Shown here: positions 24,329 to 38,000 of the stretch, piece after piece | Layout of the letters: the number at the start of each line of letters is the position of its first letter | How positions within the stretch are numbered: position 1 is the first letter of the stretch | NCBI GenBank assembly: GCA_002269645.1 | Contig: NIVC01004124.1 | Span: forward strand, 1-59,062 | Reading direction: 5' to 3' | Source of the DNA: Macrostomum lignano | Lineage: Eukaryota | Length of the DNA: 59,062 nt | The notes under the pieces: model-generated | Seen by the model: the letters and a program-made list of their open reading frames with translations, nothing else | What the model was told of the DNA's origin: nothing | The model's database searches: none | Translations under genes and position numbers: made by a program

Positions 24329-24803
24329 CAGCCTTATCTTAGTTTCTTGCATTAAATTATTTTGAGTTAAAAATTGACTCAATAAGTTAAAACAAGTTAG
24401 GCCTAGTCCATAGTAATCAATAGTCTGCTGAGCTTACTAAATCACATAATAATGGGCAACCCAAAACAAGAAGTTGCCAAAGGTCGAAGAATTTCTCTAG
24501 GTAAAGGTGATACCAGAGGTCTCATTCAAGTGTGAATTGAATAAGTTATCACTGGTGCCATATATGTTCTTGAACTTTGCCTTGACATGCGCCCAAGTCC
24601 TTTCAATGGCATTCATATGCAAATGCAAAGTTCTTAGTTTCTAACTAGTTTTGGATTGCTCATTATTATGCTAGGGCCTATGCCATTTAGTGAGCTCAGT
24701 AGACTATCAATTGAGTGCTATCGATTATGGACTAACTTGTTTTAACTTATTGAGTCCATTTTTAACTCAAAATAATTTTATGTGGGAAACTAGGATAATG
24801 CTG
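24329..24803. mobile_element. Degenerate foldback/MITE-like element with ~135-bp imperfect inverted arms
   Basis: 24329-24466 is the imperfect reverse complement of ~24648-24803 (e.g. AATTATTTTGAGTTAAAAATTGACTCAATAAGTTAAAACAAGTTAG vs CTAACTTGTTTTAACTTATTGAGTCCATTTTTAACTCAAAATAATT). Confidence 0.6.
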
Positions 24804-26085
24804 AAATTGTAAACATGTGAATTTTGTCTGCTTTTTCTATTGTCATATTTATTTACTAATAGGGGCCTGATAGTGATATTGTCACATTAATCAATGATAT
24901 ACAAAAATTAATATGGGCGAAAGGTCTTTAATTAATTCATATTATTTTGGGTCTATCTATAGTAGGCTAAGCCTAGGCCTAGATTAGGCAATTAAGTCAA
25001 GTCAGTTATTTTGCATGCAAACATAGTCATACTGCTCTGCTCTAGTTTTTGGGTTACAATTTAATGCAGAATAAGGCCAAGCTGTCGATAAGACGTTAAG
25101 CCTATGCTGACTTGACAGTTAAGAAGTAATTAATTTTTGTTAACTGCATTAAAAAGGCTCCCCTAGTGGGCGAGGAGCTGAGCTATACGATAGGACTAAC
25201 TAGCCATGCAGATATTGCAGCAATCATAGACCTAACGTGACAAAAGTCGTATTTTAAAGTACAGTTTTATTCATTTTAACAGATGACTTGCAATTTTTAA
25301 GAAGATAACGTGAGTATGCGCGTAAATCAGAACATATGACCTAGAGTTTTCTTTATTAAACATAAAAAAGACTATACTAACAACAATTATTACGTGTCTT
25401 TAGAAATGCGCAAAAAGTTTTGGCTCTAATTCAATTTTTTACTCTGCGTTCTAGCTTAATTTTAGAACACATCGCCCGCTGGCATTACTGCAAATCACCT
25501 GAATTTTCACGCACTCGTCTATACCCTATACCTTCCTACTGTTTCCGGCTTATAAGCAAAGTCGAACGTATATTTGGTTAGTAAACATGTAGAAAGAGTT
25601 TGAATTCTTTACAAACTCTTTTTCGGTTTTTGTACATCTTTACGGCTATTTACAACATGCTCAAACGTTTGGTTGCAATTTAGTAGTAACAACCTACGAT
25701 AATAATTTCTCATTCCTAGCAAATATTGTAGTTTGAGGCTATAGTTTTTTTTCTTACATTTAATGCCTACTGCAGAAGCTCTAGTTTACTATAATATGAA
25801 TTTTAGCTTTATTAATTCTCATGTGATTCCTGTCATATTTGAATTAGTATCATTCAACGCAATATAATTTTATAGTAGAATAAGTTTAACTAACTTCAAG
25901 CGTTTTCAGTATGTTTTATAAGACTTAATAAAAATAGCTTCAAAATTGGATGCGAAATACCAAAATTGCACATGGTATTAGTATTACGTAATGAATTTGA
26001 GAATTTTTAATACTTAAAAATCTACTTGCTTCTTCAGCATGACGATCCAGAAGTAACATTACAGACTTTAAAAAACATAGCCAGC

Positions 26086-29000
26086 ATGTCATCGGATGGA
26101 GCGGTGTCCTACATGGACTCTCGCTGTTACAGTCATCGCGGCAGCATCACAAGCTGCTACTCAGGCGACGATCCTATGCTGGGCGCGTCCTTGTTTAATC
26201 TGAACGAGGCGCAGAACTCTCTAATCGCCAAGGAGTCCGTTGAGCTGCACCAACTGCAGGAAGAGTCTCCAGAATCTGCCGCAGAGGCTGAAAAGCTGGT
26301 GGCTCTGGGAAAAATGGAGCGCGGGCTGCGCATAATCTCCGCCATGGCATACATGCCCTCTACAGGGATGCCGTTCTCTTGTCGCTACAGTCTGCCGGAG
26401 AGCGGTCTTTTCCTCACTGGCGAGCGGTTGACCTTCAGCGTGCGCGAAGGTCAGAGCGGCGTCGGGTCGGCCGGCGGCAAGCAGCGAATGCGCCAACTTC
26501 GGCGTGGAATTCAGCGCTTGCTGAACCTCGACCTGAGCTTCGAAATCACCTTCAGCCACGGCATCTTCACGTGGACAGTCACCCGGAAGTGGAGTCATTG
26601 GAGACGGCTCTACCCCTTGCTGCTGGCATCGGGCCTGCTCCCACATATGGGCACTAAGCCGAGGCGCGAGCACGGGACCTCGATGATCGAGTCGAGCAGC
26701 CAACAGCAGCACCGGCGAGATTCAACAGTATCGGCGGTGCTGGACAACGAAGAGTTCAAAAGTCCCGCTTTGAGGAGCAGCTGAAAAAGATTCTAGATAA
26801 GCTGGACAGCCTTGAGCGAACTCTGAACCTGCTGAAGTTTCTTGGCGTATCGCGACTCTCCTTTGTTCGAGGAGTCGGCGGCAAGTGCGGCGAAGCGGAG
26901 GTCAGCGTTCACATTCAGCGTTATGCGGCCTCCCCGCTGACCGGCTGCCAGTCCTGCATTGGACTGTTCGCGCGGAAAAAGACAATGTGAGCCATTGCTG
27001 ATCCTGGCATATAGCACTGTCTACAGTTCTTCAATCTCTGATGTTTGTTGACAATTCATTGTTGCACACTCTTTTTCAGGTGGATGGTAATCAAAGAGCG
27101 CTGCATCGTCTTCCTGAAGGACAACCTGTCCGAAGTCAAAGAGGTGTTCCTGTTGGACTCTACCTGCCTGATTATCAACGGCTTGGACCCGTCTATGCGG
27201 AACTACTTATCTGGCTTTGTGCTGAGAAATTCCAGCATGTAAGCAAATAAACGTTTTGCTATGATAAGAGCCTACAGCTCGTATATGCTGTTCAATTCGG
27301 TCATTGATCGCACTGGAAAGTTATTTTTTACAAATAAAGCACTGTCGACATTAGGAACGAGTGCTAGAAAATATAGTAGAAACGGATAGAAGAAACACAC
27401 AGTATGGTAGAAACATACTAGAAACAATTCGCGTCGAAATCCGTATTTACGTATCTCAGAGACTTGAATATAAACTTAGATCCACCTTTTCCGACTGATT
27501 CCACAGGTTGATGATCATTCAGTGCGATTACGGAGACTACCCGATGCTGGCTGCGGAGATGACTCGCATTAAGGAGCTTCTGTCTACGCAGCATCAGAGC
27601 CTGCTTGATCCGACTCCCAGGCAGCAGAGCCAGCAGCGTCGGCACCGGCAACAGCATCAGCAGCTCCAGGACAGCAGCTGGAGCTCATCGTCACGCACCG
27701 AAGTCGCGGTCTCAGGGTGGTGGCCAGCACAATTTTGGCAGCTTTGCTGGCACTCGTGCCAACTGTCCAGCTAAATGGTACGTGGACGGTGCCACCTACT
27801 TTGCTGACATCTTCGACGCCATGGAGCAAGCCAACGAAGAGATCTTCATCTGCGATTGGTGGCTAACGCCAGAGGTACATCTAAAAAGGCCGGACGATGA
27901 CGGGCACTACAGACTGATGAATGTGCTGCAGCGCCGAGCGGATGCCGGCGTGCAGATCTTCATACTCATCTATAAGGAGGTGCGCGTTGAGGCGATGCAA
28001 AACTATATAGCTTGGGTTGCTGATCTCCATGAGTTAACCGACACTAAGTTTGAACTAGAGCTCCCTGTAGAGTGTGAGCTCGATCTTGGTGACAGAGAGT
28101 TCACCACAGAGTGAGTCCTACTCAGCTTGATCTTGGTGACAGAGAGTCCCCCACAGAGTGAGTCCTACCCAGCTCCATCTTCGTGACAAGAGTTTCATAC
28201 AGAGGGATTCCTATGCTTAGATCAATTTTGTATGCTCTAGGCAATACTTTCTCGTAATTTGACTGACACTCCATAGGTGAAATACACGCTGAAGATTGAC
28301 AGCTGGTACACGAAGCTGATGCTGCGCACGCTAAACAAGTGTAACATTCACGTGTTGCGTCATCCAAATCACCTGTCCTCCTGGGAGTTCCTGTGGGCGC
28401 ATCACGAAAAACTAGTAGTGGTCGACCAGAAGCTGGCTTCGTTGGCGGAATCGACCTGTGCTGGGGGCGCTGGGACACTCAGCAGCATCGAATTACGGAC
28501 TTGGGCGACTCAGACTGGACCAAGTACCCGCCGCTCATTCCCGTGCTAACAGTAAGTTTGCTGCATTGCGTACGTATTTAAATCTTGTTTAGCATAGTGG
28601 AGTTTAGCAAAATTATTCCAGAAACTGTGCATAATTAAATTTAATCAGCTTATATTAGACTTTAATAGTACACTCGTACAGGGATTATCGTCAGCTGTTG
28701 CATCAAACAGCTCACTAGGATTAGTGTAAAGATATTTAATACGAACCAATGCCAATCTAGTTCTGCGAAAATTTTCGACTAATGCTGTTGATCCAAAAAG
28801 TTATGGATTTTCTCTACCAGCCCCAGATCTGCTCTATAATACAGCTTGAAGCGCATTTGATATGATGGGAGTCCCAATGCTAAGTGCTAATTTGTCGTGT
28901 AAGAGTTTAATGACATTAAGGCAGGCTGATAGTCTGCAGCATCTTATATATGATTCTGTAGAACTGGGCTAACTCTCTGCCACAAACACCCAGAAGTGCT

Positions 29001-32000
29001 GATGACATAAGCTCTTGTCCTATGATAAAGTCATTTATTTCATAGCCCTCGTGAGTTTTGGCATAAGCGATAGCAAATTTAGCCCATAAGGGAGTTGTAG
29101 CCCAGTGGTTAAAGCATCGGACTCACGACTTGAAGAACAAATGTATGTCCTTGAGCAAGATACTTAACTCTGCATTGCTCTATAAAATAGGTGCCAGTAT
29201 TAGCTAGCTGGGGTTATTGAGGGTTGTGTGTGTGGCGACCCCCCCCCCAGTCCTTGGACTGAACAGCCGTACCTAACCTTCAGATGCGCCGCGCAATATC
29301 TGCATCTGGCCCAATTGGGGCAGGTGTAATCCATCATTATTATTTTTAATAACATTAGCCTATAGTTTCCCATTTCAATGTGTATTCTGCGTAAATGCCT
29401 GGCCAATTGACGTTAGCGAATCAAAAGCTTTTGCTTTTGTATCTTTTGGCTAGCTACCGTACATTTCCCTGCGTACAATCGTTCTAAAAAGAGAAACAAC
29501 GCCAACCACCACCCCAAAAAAATGGACAACTTCGCCAATTCGCAGTCGTTGCACTCGCCGAACTCGTCGCGCAGAGCCGATTTGAGACGAGCCGCTTGGC
29601 TGCACAAGCTTCAGGAGTTGCAGCACTTTTCCAGACTATACGAGTCTAATGCTTCACGCCGCAGGGCACTATTCAAGTCAGTTGGCGCTTAGCCCGTGTC
29701 TCTCTTTCAGTTTTCTGTCTATACAGTGTGCTCACGCTTTACTATGCTATCCTATGCCCAGCTGAATCAATTTAGGCATTTTCTCATTCATCTGCTTGCT
29801 TCTTTTCACTACTAGCCCTTGAACTTGCAAACAATAGCAGGTCTACATCAAGAGCGTGACTTTCTATTGTGAATTATTAGTTTAGGAAACTTGAGACAAC
29901 TATTAGTTTGACAAAAGACACTCCCTGGCTGCTTTAGAGCTACAGTTCAGGTAGCTGCTTATTGTTCGAGAATATTGGTCCGAGGGGCATGATTAAGCTG
30001 ATATATGTTCTACATATATAGATGTACTATGCAGAGAAAACACTGGTGTAGAGCAAATCAAGAGACACTCGCTCTAATTTGAGTTGAAAGCAACACCAAC
30101 ACTCTAAAATGGTGGCAAAATAGTTGAAGGCCGATTTTTCTTTTCCCTATAAATTTTGATAAGTCGCACGTATGAAGATGATGTTTTAACTTTTAATCTG
30201 ATATATTATATTATATCGACAGCTCAACACATGGTTCAGAAAATTAGAGTGTTCAAAGTCAACTGAAAACTTTTGCATAGATTGACAGGCCACAAAATAG
30301 TAGGCATACAGGACTAGCTATACTATAGCTATGCATTATTTGCTATATAGTTAAAATGTAAATAAATCGAAGCAAACATTAAATTCCAAAGAAAGCAATA
30401 TAAAACAATGTCGGCAAGGTTCAATGGAAACAAATATTTTGATGTCTTGCAACGATATAGTATGGTCAAGGTGTTGCTTTTGGTTAAAAAGTATAAAATT
30501 CCCATCTCGCTAATGCATTTTTCGTCGAAAATCGACCTTCAACTATTTTTCCACGAATCGTGAGTTTTACGTCCTCTTATATGCTAGTGGTCCTTGGGCG
30601 TGAACCGGGTATATTCACGTCAATAAACTAGGGGAGGGGGGTTGAGTGCCAGATAAGACAAGGATGGGGTGGAGTGCGCGACGAAAGAAAGAGGCGAGAT
30701 CGAAGAGCCAATCAGAAGGCAGCGAGGAGAGAGAAAAAATAACAAGACTGAACCAGAGAGAGAGAGAGACAACAATGACAATTAAGTGAAGATCGATGAA
30801 CTAAAGAATGAATAGGAAGGTCGCGACAGTACATTATTAATCAATAATCAATAAACCAATAAATGAGTCAACTCATTTGAAGCGTTTCTTCTTACGGTTT
30901 ATCACGGACAACTGCATGCACTGGTAGAAGGACGCTCGTGCAAGTTTTTCCTGAAAAAATGCATTACATTTAAATTCTCAATATCTCACCTTGTAGACTT
31001 ATAAATTACAAATGAAGCAAGTGTGTGTCTTTATAAGTTTATCAAGATGTCTTATTCCTGAACCGGCGAAAGCCTATTTAGCGCAGTGCAAAACAAGCAG
31101 ATCCTTGATTCGAAATCCGCTGAAAAAACACTTTTTTCTATTTTTCTCAACAAACTTGTGAGCGCACTTCGGATAAAAGACATGCTGGCTCAATTTGTAA
31201 TTCGGAAGTCAAGAAACTGAAATATTGCGAATTTAGTGCTAAAAAACTGAGCACTTCCTATCTCCCCAGTGCATTTTGCAACGAAATTTAAAGTTGTCCT
31301 TCCTCATTTTTTTGTTTCACTCTTTTACGGTTTATTCTTTCTGCTATCGCACAATAAGAATCATTGCATGCTCTAATGCAGTTTTTGTTCTCTGGGTAGT
31401 AGAGAACTTGACTATATTCTAAACTTACTGTGGTATCCAGATGTCTAGATCCTGTGCTTTTCTTTAGCAATGTTTTTGCAGACGTCTTCTTCTTTGATAA
31501 AAATCATAAATATTACATGTTCTGCTTGTACTTTTAAATGCACAGCCTCTGCCTGAGAGAGGTCTTCCTTTATTTGCACTAAAAGTGAACTCACAGGGCT
31601 GTAACTATAGTCAATAATTACTAAGACAAATATTCCAAACTCTCTCGTTTCCAGGTGAAACCGGCCGGAGTCTCAGCCACTACAAACAGTGTAAGTTGCC
31701 TAATGTATAAAAACTCCAGGTTTCTGTTTGACTGCCTAAACGGGTCATGGGACCACTTTGGCATTGAAAATCGCTTGTCAAGGCGTGCTTGTACTCTAAG
31801 ACGACAAGTTGAGATGGTTAACCTTGCAAGCGAAACGAAGGAGTAAAGGGAAGAATTAGCTCCAGTTTATCCCAGTCGACGCCATCTGCTCCCCAACCCC
31901 AACCCTGTACTTCTCCTCTCTCCTCCTGAGACCTTAGCTGTACAGGTCTGACTCGCTTAATCCATCTTTACTGCTTTGCTCAACAATAATCCGCGAGGCT

Positions 32001-35000
32001 GTTTTGTGAACCCTGAGTAGACCCCTGTAAAAAACTGTCAGCCAGCCTATGGAACAAAATGCATAATACATGAGGCCCTCGGTTTATTGCATGCAAGTTT
32101 GCTAATGCAGACAATTGAATGAAAAAATCCAACAAAAGAGACTACCCGACATGTATGTTGTCATGAATGAATTAGCAAACAGAAAATCCTGTAAAAAACA
32201 ACAACAAATGCAACAAAGAAAGAAACGATAGTAAAATAATCAAAACAACGGCAGCCACAGCAACAACCACAACAACAGCAACAAATAAATAAACAAACAC
32301 AACAACAACAACCACAACAACAGCAACAACCACAACAGCAGCAACAACAACAAACAAACAAACAAAAAACAGCAACAAAAACAACAAAGCAAAAACAACA
32401 CAAAACCGACACAAAAAACGACACCTTGCAGCAAAACGCGGCGGCAGATCGCCGAGCCGACAGCGACTCCGAATCATCCGCCGGCGATGACACGTCCGCT
32501 GGCCCGGCCGGGATGGACAGAATCTCAGAGTTGAGCTCAGCCGACGAAGTCGGAGGCCAGGACACTCGTCGGACGGTAGTTCTGGTGACAGAGCGAGCTG
32601 AAGATGTCGCCCAGAAGCAGCAGCAGCAGCCCCTGCCCGACCGTGCCTGGAGCCGCGCCTCAGTTGTCAGCGATCGACTACGCAAGATCCTTCGTCGCGG
32701 AGGAGACGCTGGCGACGTCGCCGGAGGCGGCGGCAGCGGCAGCGACTCTGTCGTGCTCCGCCGCTACGCTTCCACAGCGGAGGCCGCTGACGCCGTCGTG
32801 GCTGCAGCGGGCGTCGGTGCCGACGTCGAGGTCGATACGGCCAAGGAGCGTCGCGCCGACGACGATCGCCGCCTGGTTGCGGACACACCGGACGCGAAGC
32901 GGCTGAAGGACGGGCAGGTGCAGGTGCGTCATTACGATCCCGTCATGCAGCGGATGGGCAATTTTCTGCGGAGCAACGCCGAGAAACGACGGGTGACGCG
33001 TGGCGTCAGGGAGCGCCTGCGTCGAGGCGAGCACAGCAACGGAATGTGAGCTCCCGGTCAAGCTGCTGTGTGCGTCATCAGTGTCTGAGCTGCTGAAGCC
33101 TAATGATTCTCCTGCCGCAGTTTCTCATATCAAAATTTCTCATGTCCCAGTTTCTCATGTCCCAGTTTCTCATGTCCCAGTTTCTCATGTCCCAGTTTTT
33201 CATGTCCCAATTTCTCATGTCCCAGTTTCTCATGTCCCAGTTTCTCATGTCCCAGTTTCTCATGTCCCAGTTTCTCATGTCCCAGTTTCTCATGTCCCAG
33301 TTTCTCATGTCCCAGTTTCTCATGTCCCAGTTTCTCATGTCCCAATTTCTCATGTCCCAGTTTCTCATGTCCTAGTTTCTCATGTCCCAGTTTCTCATGT
33401 CCCAGTTTCTCATGTCCCAATTTCTCATGTCCCAGTTTCTCATGTCCCAGTTTCTCATGTCCCAGTTTCTCATGTCCCAGTTTCTCATGTCCCAGTTTCT
33501 CATGTCCCAGTTTCTCATGTCCCAGTTTCTCATGTCCCAGTTTCTCATGTCCCAGTTCCTCATTTCCCAGTATTTCATGTCCTTTTTCAACTTCTATAAG
33601 CACCAAAACTTTTGACTAGCGGAAATTCTATGCCTTCAGGTTGCGCTTAAACTCATTGTAGCCACAAACTCTGAATTCACATTGTTTCTCCTGGGTTCTT
33701 CAGCGCTCCTAGTTTTTCCGTCTCTTTCTAAGCTTTGCCTGCTTAGGCCCTCTCTTACTAATTTAACTGACAATTGCTAATTAATTAGTTGGTTAGTCTT
33801 CACCGCTGCTGAGCAAATTTTGTACTCAAGGACCTACCTATTGCCTGCTAGCAAACACGCGCACACACAGCAGCAGCGCCACTTTTGTTTTTTGAGAATC
33901 CCCAATAAATCACCGGGGGAGGCATGCTATGCACTGCCTATTGGCTATTTAAGTGGCCATATATGCTAGTGCTGACCTGAATAGCGTTGTCAAGGATGCC
34001 TGCACTTCACCTGCCTGTCTTTTTATCTGTTCCCTTCTGCCTCTGTCCATCTCTGCTGCCGACTCAACTGCATTATTTTAACTTTGCCGCCGAGATATAA
34101 GTTGAAAGATCGGATTCTGAAGCATAACATTACTAACCTGAGACTTATAGCTCAGATTCTGAAGCCTCACATTACTAACCTGAGACTTATAACTCAGATT
34201 CTGAAGCCTCACATTACTAACCTGAGACTTATAACTCAGATTCTGAAGCATAACATTACTAACCTGAGACTTATAACTCAGATTCTGAAGCCTCACATTA
34301 CTAACCTGAGACTTATAACTCAGATTCTGAAGCCTCACATTACTAACCTGAGACTTATAACTCAGATTCTGAAGCCTCACATTACTAACCTGAGACTTAT
34401 AACTCAGATTCTGAAGCATAACATCCTCTCAGCTCCCCTCTGTCTCTTTGTCTCTACATTCGTCACTATGCCGCCCAATTCAATAGGAAAGTTTAATCGG
34501 GACCTGTGCACTTTCCTATTGCATTCAATCCCATACCGCCCGCTTCTCTCCCCTCATCTCGGGATTTTCTGTCTCCCCTGTGGAATTCCAATTCTTCCCC
34601 AGTGCCTAAAGTGCGCCAATCCTGGGTTAGCGCGCTTATGGCTGAAAAAATCCCTTACTGAATTTTTGCCCTTAACTACTGGCTGATGGAGCGGCGGGAT
34701 AGTGGGGGAGTCTATAGCTTACGCCGCTGATTATCAGTTCTTAAACAATGGCGCCATCTCGTCGTCTGTTCCTGTTGGCTGCTCCCGCATCTGCCCTGCT
34801 GCATCCATAGTCATTGTGGCTCTGTCTGCTTGCCATTCACGAAAGCTTTACTGGCTTGTGGGGGGGGGTAATCATCCAAGGCAAATAAATCAACCCCGTG
34901 TATTGGAAAAGGCAAATATATTTGTACTACCTCTATCTCTATTTCGTCTGTAGAAGGGCAAAAATATATAACACCTGTGTTGTATAGGAGGCCATAAATA

Positions 35001-38000
35001 AATAACCTGTGTTATAGGGGAGGCCATAAATATAACACCTGTGTTGTAAGAGAGGCCATAAATATAACACCTGTGTTGTAAGAGAGGCCATAAATATAAC
35101 ACCTGTGTTGTAAGAGAGGCCATAAATATAACACCTGTGTTGTAAGAGAGGCCATAAGTATAACACCTGTATTGTAAGAGAGGCCATAAATATAACACCT
35201 GTGCTGTAGGGGAGGCCATAAATATAACACCTGTGCTGTAGGGGAGGCCATAAATATAACACCTGTGCTGTAGGGGAGGCCATAAATATAACACCTGTGC
35301 TGTAGGGGAGGCCATAAATATAACACCTGTGCTGTAGGGGAGGCCATAAATATAACACCTGTGCTGTAGGGGAGGCCATAAATATATCTAAAAAACCCGT
35401 CCTGAAAACCCGGAAATGCATTTCAGCTACGAGATCGACCCCAACTTCGCCATCAGGCCGGACGAGGCTGCGAAAATTCGGATGTGGCGTGGCAAAGACT
35501 ACGTCAACTGGATTCTCAAGGAGCCCGTGCGACTGCACCTACCCGAAGAGGGTGAGCTGGTCTTTTATTTTCAATATGAAACGTTTGCTTTATTTAGTTT
35601 CTTACTCTACATATCGGCTAAAAGTAAACTTCGGTAATGTGTATAAATTTTGGCTTAATAAACTGAGTTGCGCTACATATCGGTCAAGTCCGGATTATTC
35701 CTACATGTATATAATTTGTTTTTCATATGGTACGCAGATATCACTCATCAGGTAGCTAATAACGACAGGTTACGATTTTACGAACCCGACACTCTATAAC
35801 AAAATCAGAATCATTCTACTTGCAGTAAAGCATTGTGTATAAAAGCGACTAATTAGAAATTTTACATTCCATAAGTTACTCTTGCTATTAGCAAGCCATA
35901 TTCCATGCCTCTCAGAATCCCAATCGATATTCTCGCGATTAGCGAAATTGATTAAAAGGGATTTTAAAAGGGGAAGATAATTATCCACTTCATACTCACA
36001 CAGCTCTATAGTCTATAAAAGTTTTTCGTGGTCGTAAGCTACTTATCGGATTTACCGCTTTCTGGAATAAATTTTAAAGCACAGATCTATAGCAGCTGCT
36101 GAGGCCTGAGAAGGAGGTTTCGAACCGAGAGTCGCGACAGGGACCCCCGGAACTGTTCTGGACTGGAGGAAAACTGGGGGAAAGCACAAACTTTACATGT
36201 ACTAAACTGATTTTTTGCGTTCTCTTTGTATTTCTGTCAACCTAAAAAGTGTAGACTAAACTTTTTGAGAAGCTGGGCAGGGGGTCACTTATTTAAAGGG
36301 ATTCTTAATTTTTCCGAAAGGGGCAGGAAAGGCTAGTCTATCTACTATGCTAAAGTTGTAGGGGGCAGACGGGGGGCGTAGTCCAGTGGTCCAGCGCGGC
36401 GCTCTGATGTGCCAGCGGCCCAGGCTCGATTCCAGCCACATTAATTTGGGGCTGAATTGGAATCTCGGCTTGGCTCTGCTCGTGCAATTAACGGTCTTGA
36501 TGGCCAACCCCAAGGCACAGTGAAGTGTACATGCCTAACGATAAATAAATTTAGCGCCGCTGTACACTCCTGTGTGAGTGTGTGCCTGTGCGTATGACTG
36601 CGTACGTATCTGCCGCTTGTGTGCCTGCTCAGGGGAGTCGGCGGAATGGGCAGTAATGCCTCTCGCCGGTTGTGCGACAATGTCGCCTAAAGTGCGCCAG
36701 CACACAGCCACAAACGGTGCCAATCCAGGAAATTTTTGAGTCCTGGGTTCTGAATAGTTTCATCCCCTTATTCAGCTTGTTTCATGCTTCAGTCTTTTTT
36801 TCGTAAGATAAAGACTGAGTGAGCAATGCAGGCAAGGCTGGGATAATCCGCTTCTCGTCTCCCCACAGCTGCTCCGCTTCACTGGGGAGATGAAGACACA
36901 CTTTCCTTCCTCTCTTTCTCTGCTTCAGCTGAGTTTCAGAGAAGGAATATAGAGGTCCCCTCTGGTTGATAGCGGTCTCACCATCGTGCATCTGCGTGTT
37001 TTTAAAAAGATAATTAGCACCTTTGAGCTCACTCCCCTCAGTACCTTCCATCTGTGAGATTGTCACTCTGTTTAGTTCTTCCATCTGTGAGATTGTCACT
37101 CCCCTCAGTACCTTCTATCTGTGAGATTGTCACTCTCTTTAGTCCTTCCGTCCGTGAGATTGTCACTCTGTTTAGTTCTTCCATCTGTGAGATTGTCACT
37201 CCCCTCAGTACCTTCTATCTGTGAGATTGTCACTCTGTTTAGTTCTTCCATCTGTGAGATTGTCACTCCCCTCAGTACCTTCTATCTGTGAGATTGTCAC
37301 TCTGTTTAGTTCTTCCATCTGTGAGATTGTCACTCTGTTTAGTTCTTCCATCTGTGAGATTGTCACTCTGTTTAGTTCTTCCATCTGTGAGATTGTCACT
37401 CTCTTTAGTTCTTCCATCTGTGAGATTGTCACTCCCCTTCCGAATCGTCAAGTTTTTGGGAAGTTTCGAGCTTGAACCCTCCCGCCCGACCGCAACCCGC
37501 AGAGCTGGTTGACCGCGGCCGCGTGCCCCGGATGCCCTGGCACGACATCGGCTGCGTCGTCGGCGGCAACGCTGCCCGCGACGTGGCCCGACACTTCATC
37601 GAGCGCTGGAACTTCACCGTGAAGAGCAAGTCCAACTGTCAGCTGCCGCTGCTCATGCCGAAATCTTTGAAGCCGGAGCCGGCCGGGCCGGACAACAGCG
37701 ACTTGGAGCCGGACGCTGACGGCGAGAATGCGGCCAGCGCGGCCAAGCAGCCGGGGCAGCGGCGCACTTTTCTCGGGCTGCTGGACCGGCTGCATCACCA
37801 TCAGCCTCAGCAGCAGCAGCAGCAGCAGCAGCATCAATACCAGGTAAAATCTGACCTGTCCCAAACGGACTCGAACAGCAAGCCGTCGGTCCGTCAGCCG
37901 CCGTTGCCATTCAAGAGCATCGCGCCAAAGTCTGCCAATCGAGTGAACGTACTGCGCAGCCTGGGCATGTGGTCCGGCGGCATCGAGGAGCCCGAGACGT

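Noticed and set aside
26750-26790. Programmed -1 frameshift in PLD
   Set aside because: No canonical X XXY YYZ slippery heptamer, and similar one-base deficits recur in other genes of the window.
36625-36660. HDV-like ribozyme suggested by GGCGGAATGGG
   Set aside because: The possible P2 strands enclose only ~15 nt, too little for the nested double pseudoknot.
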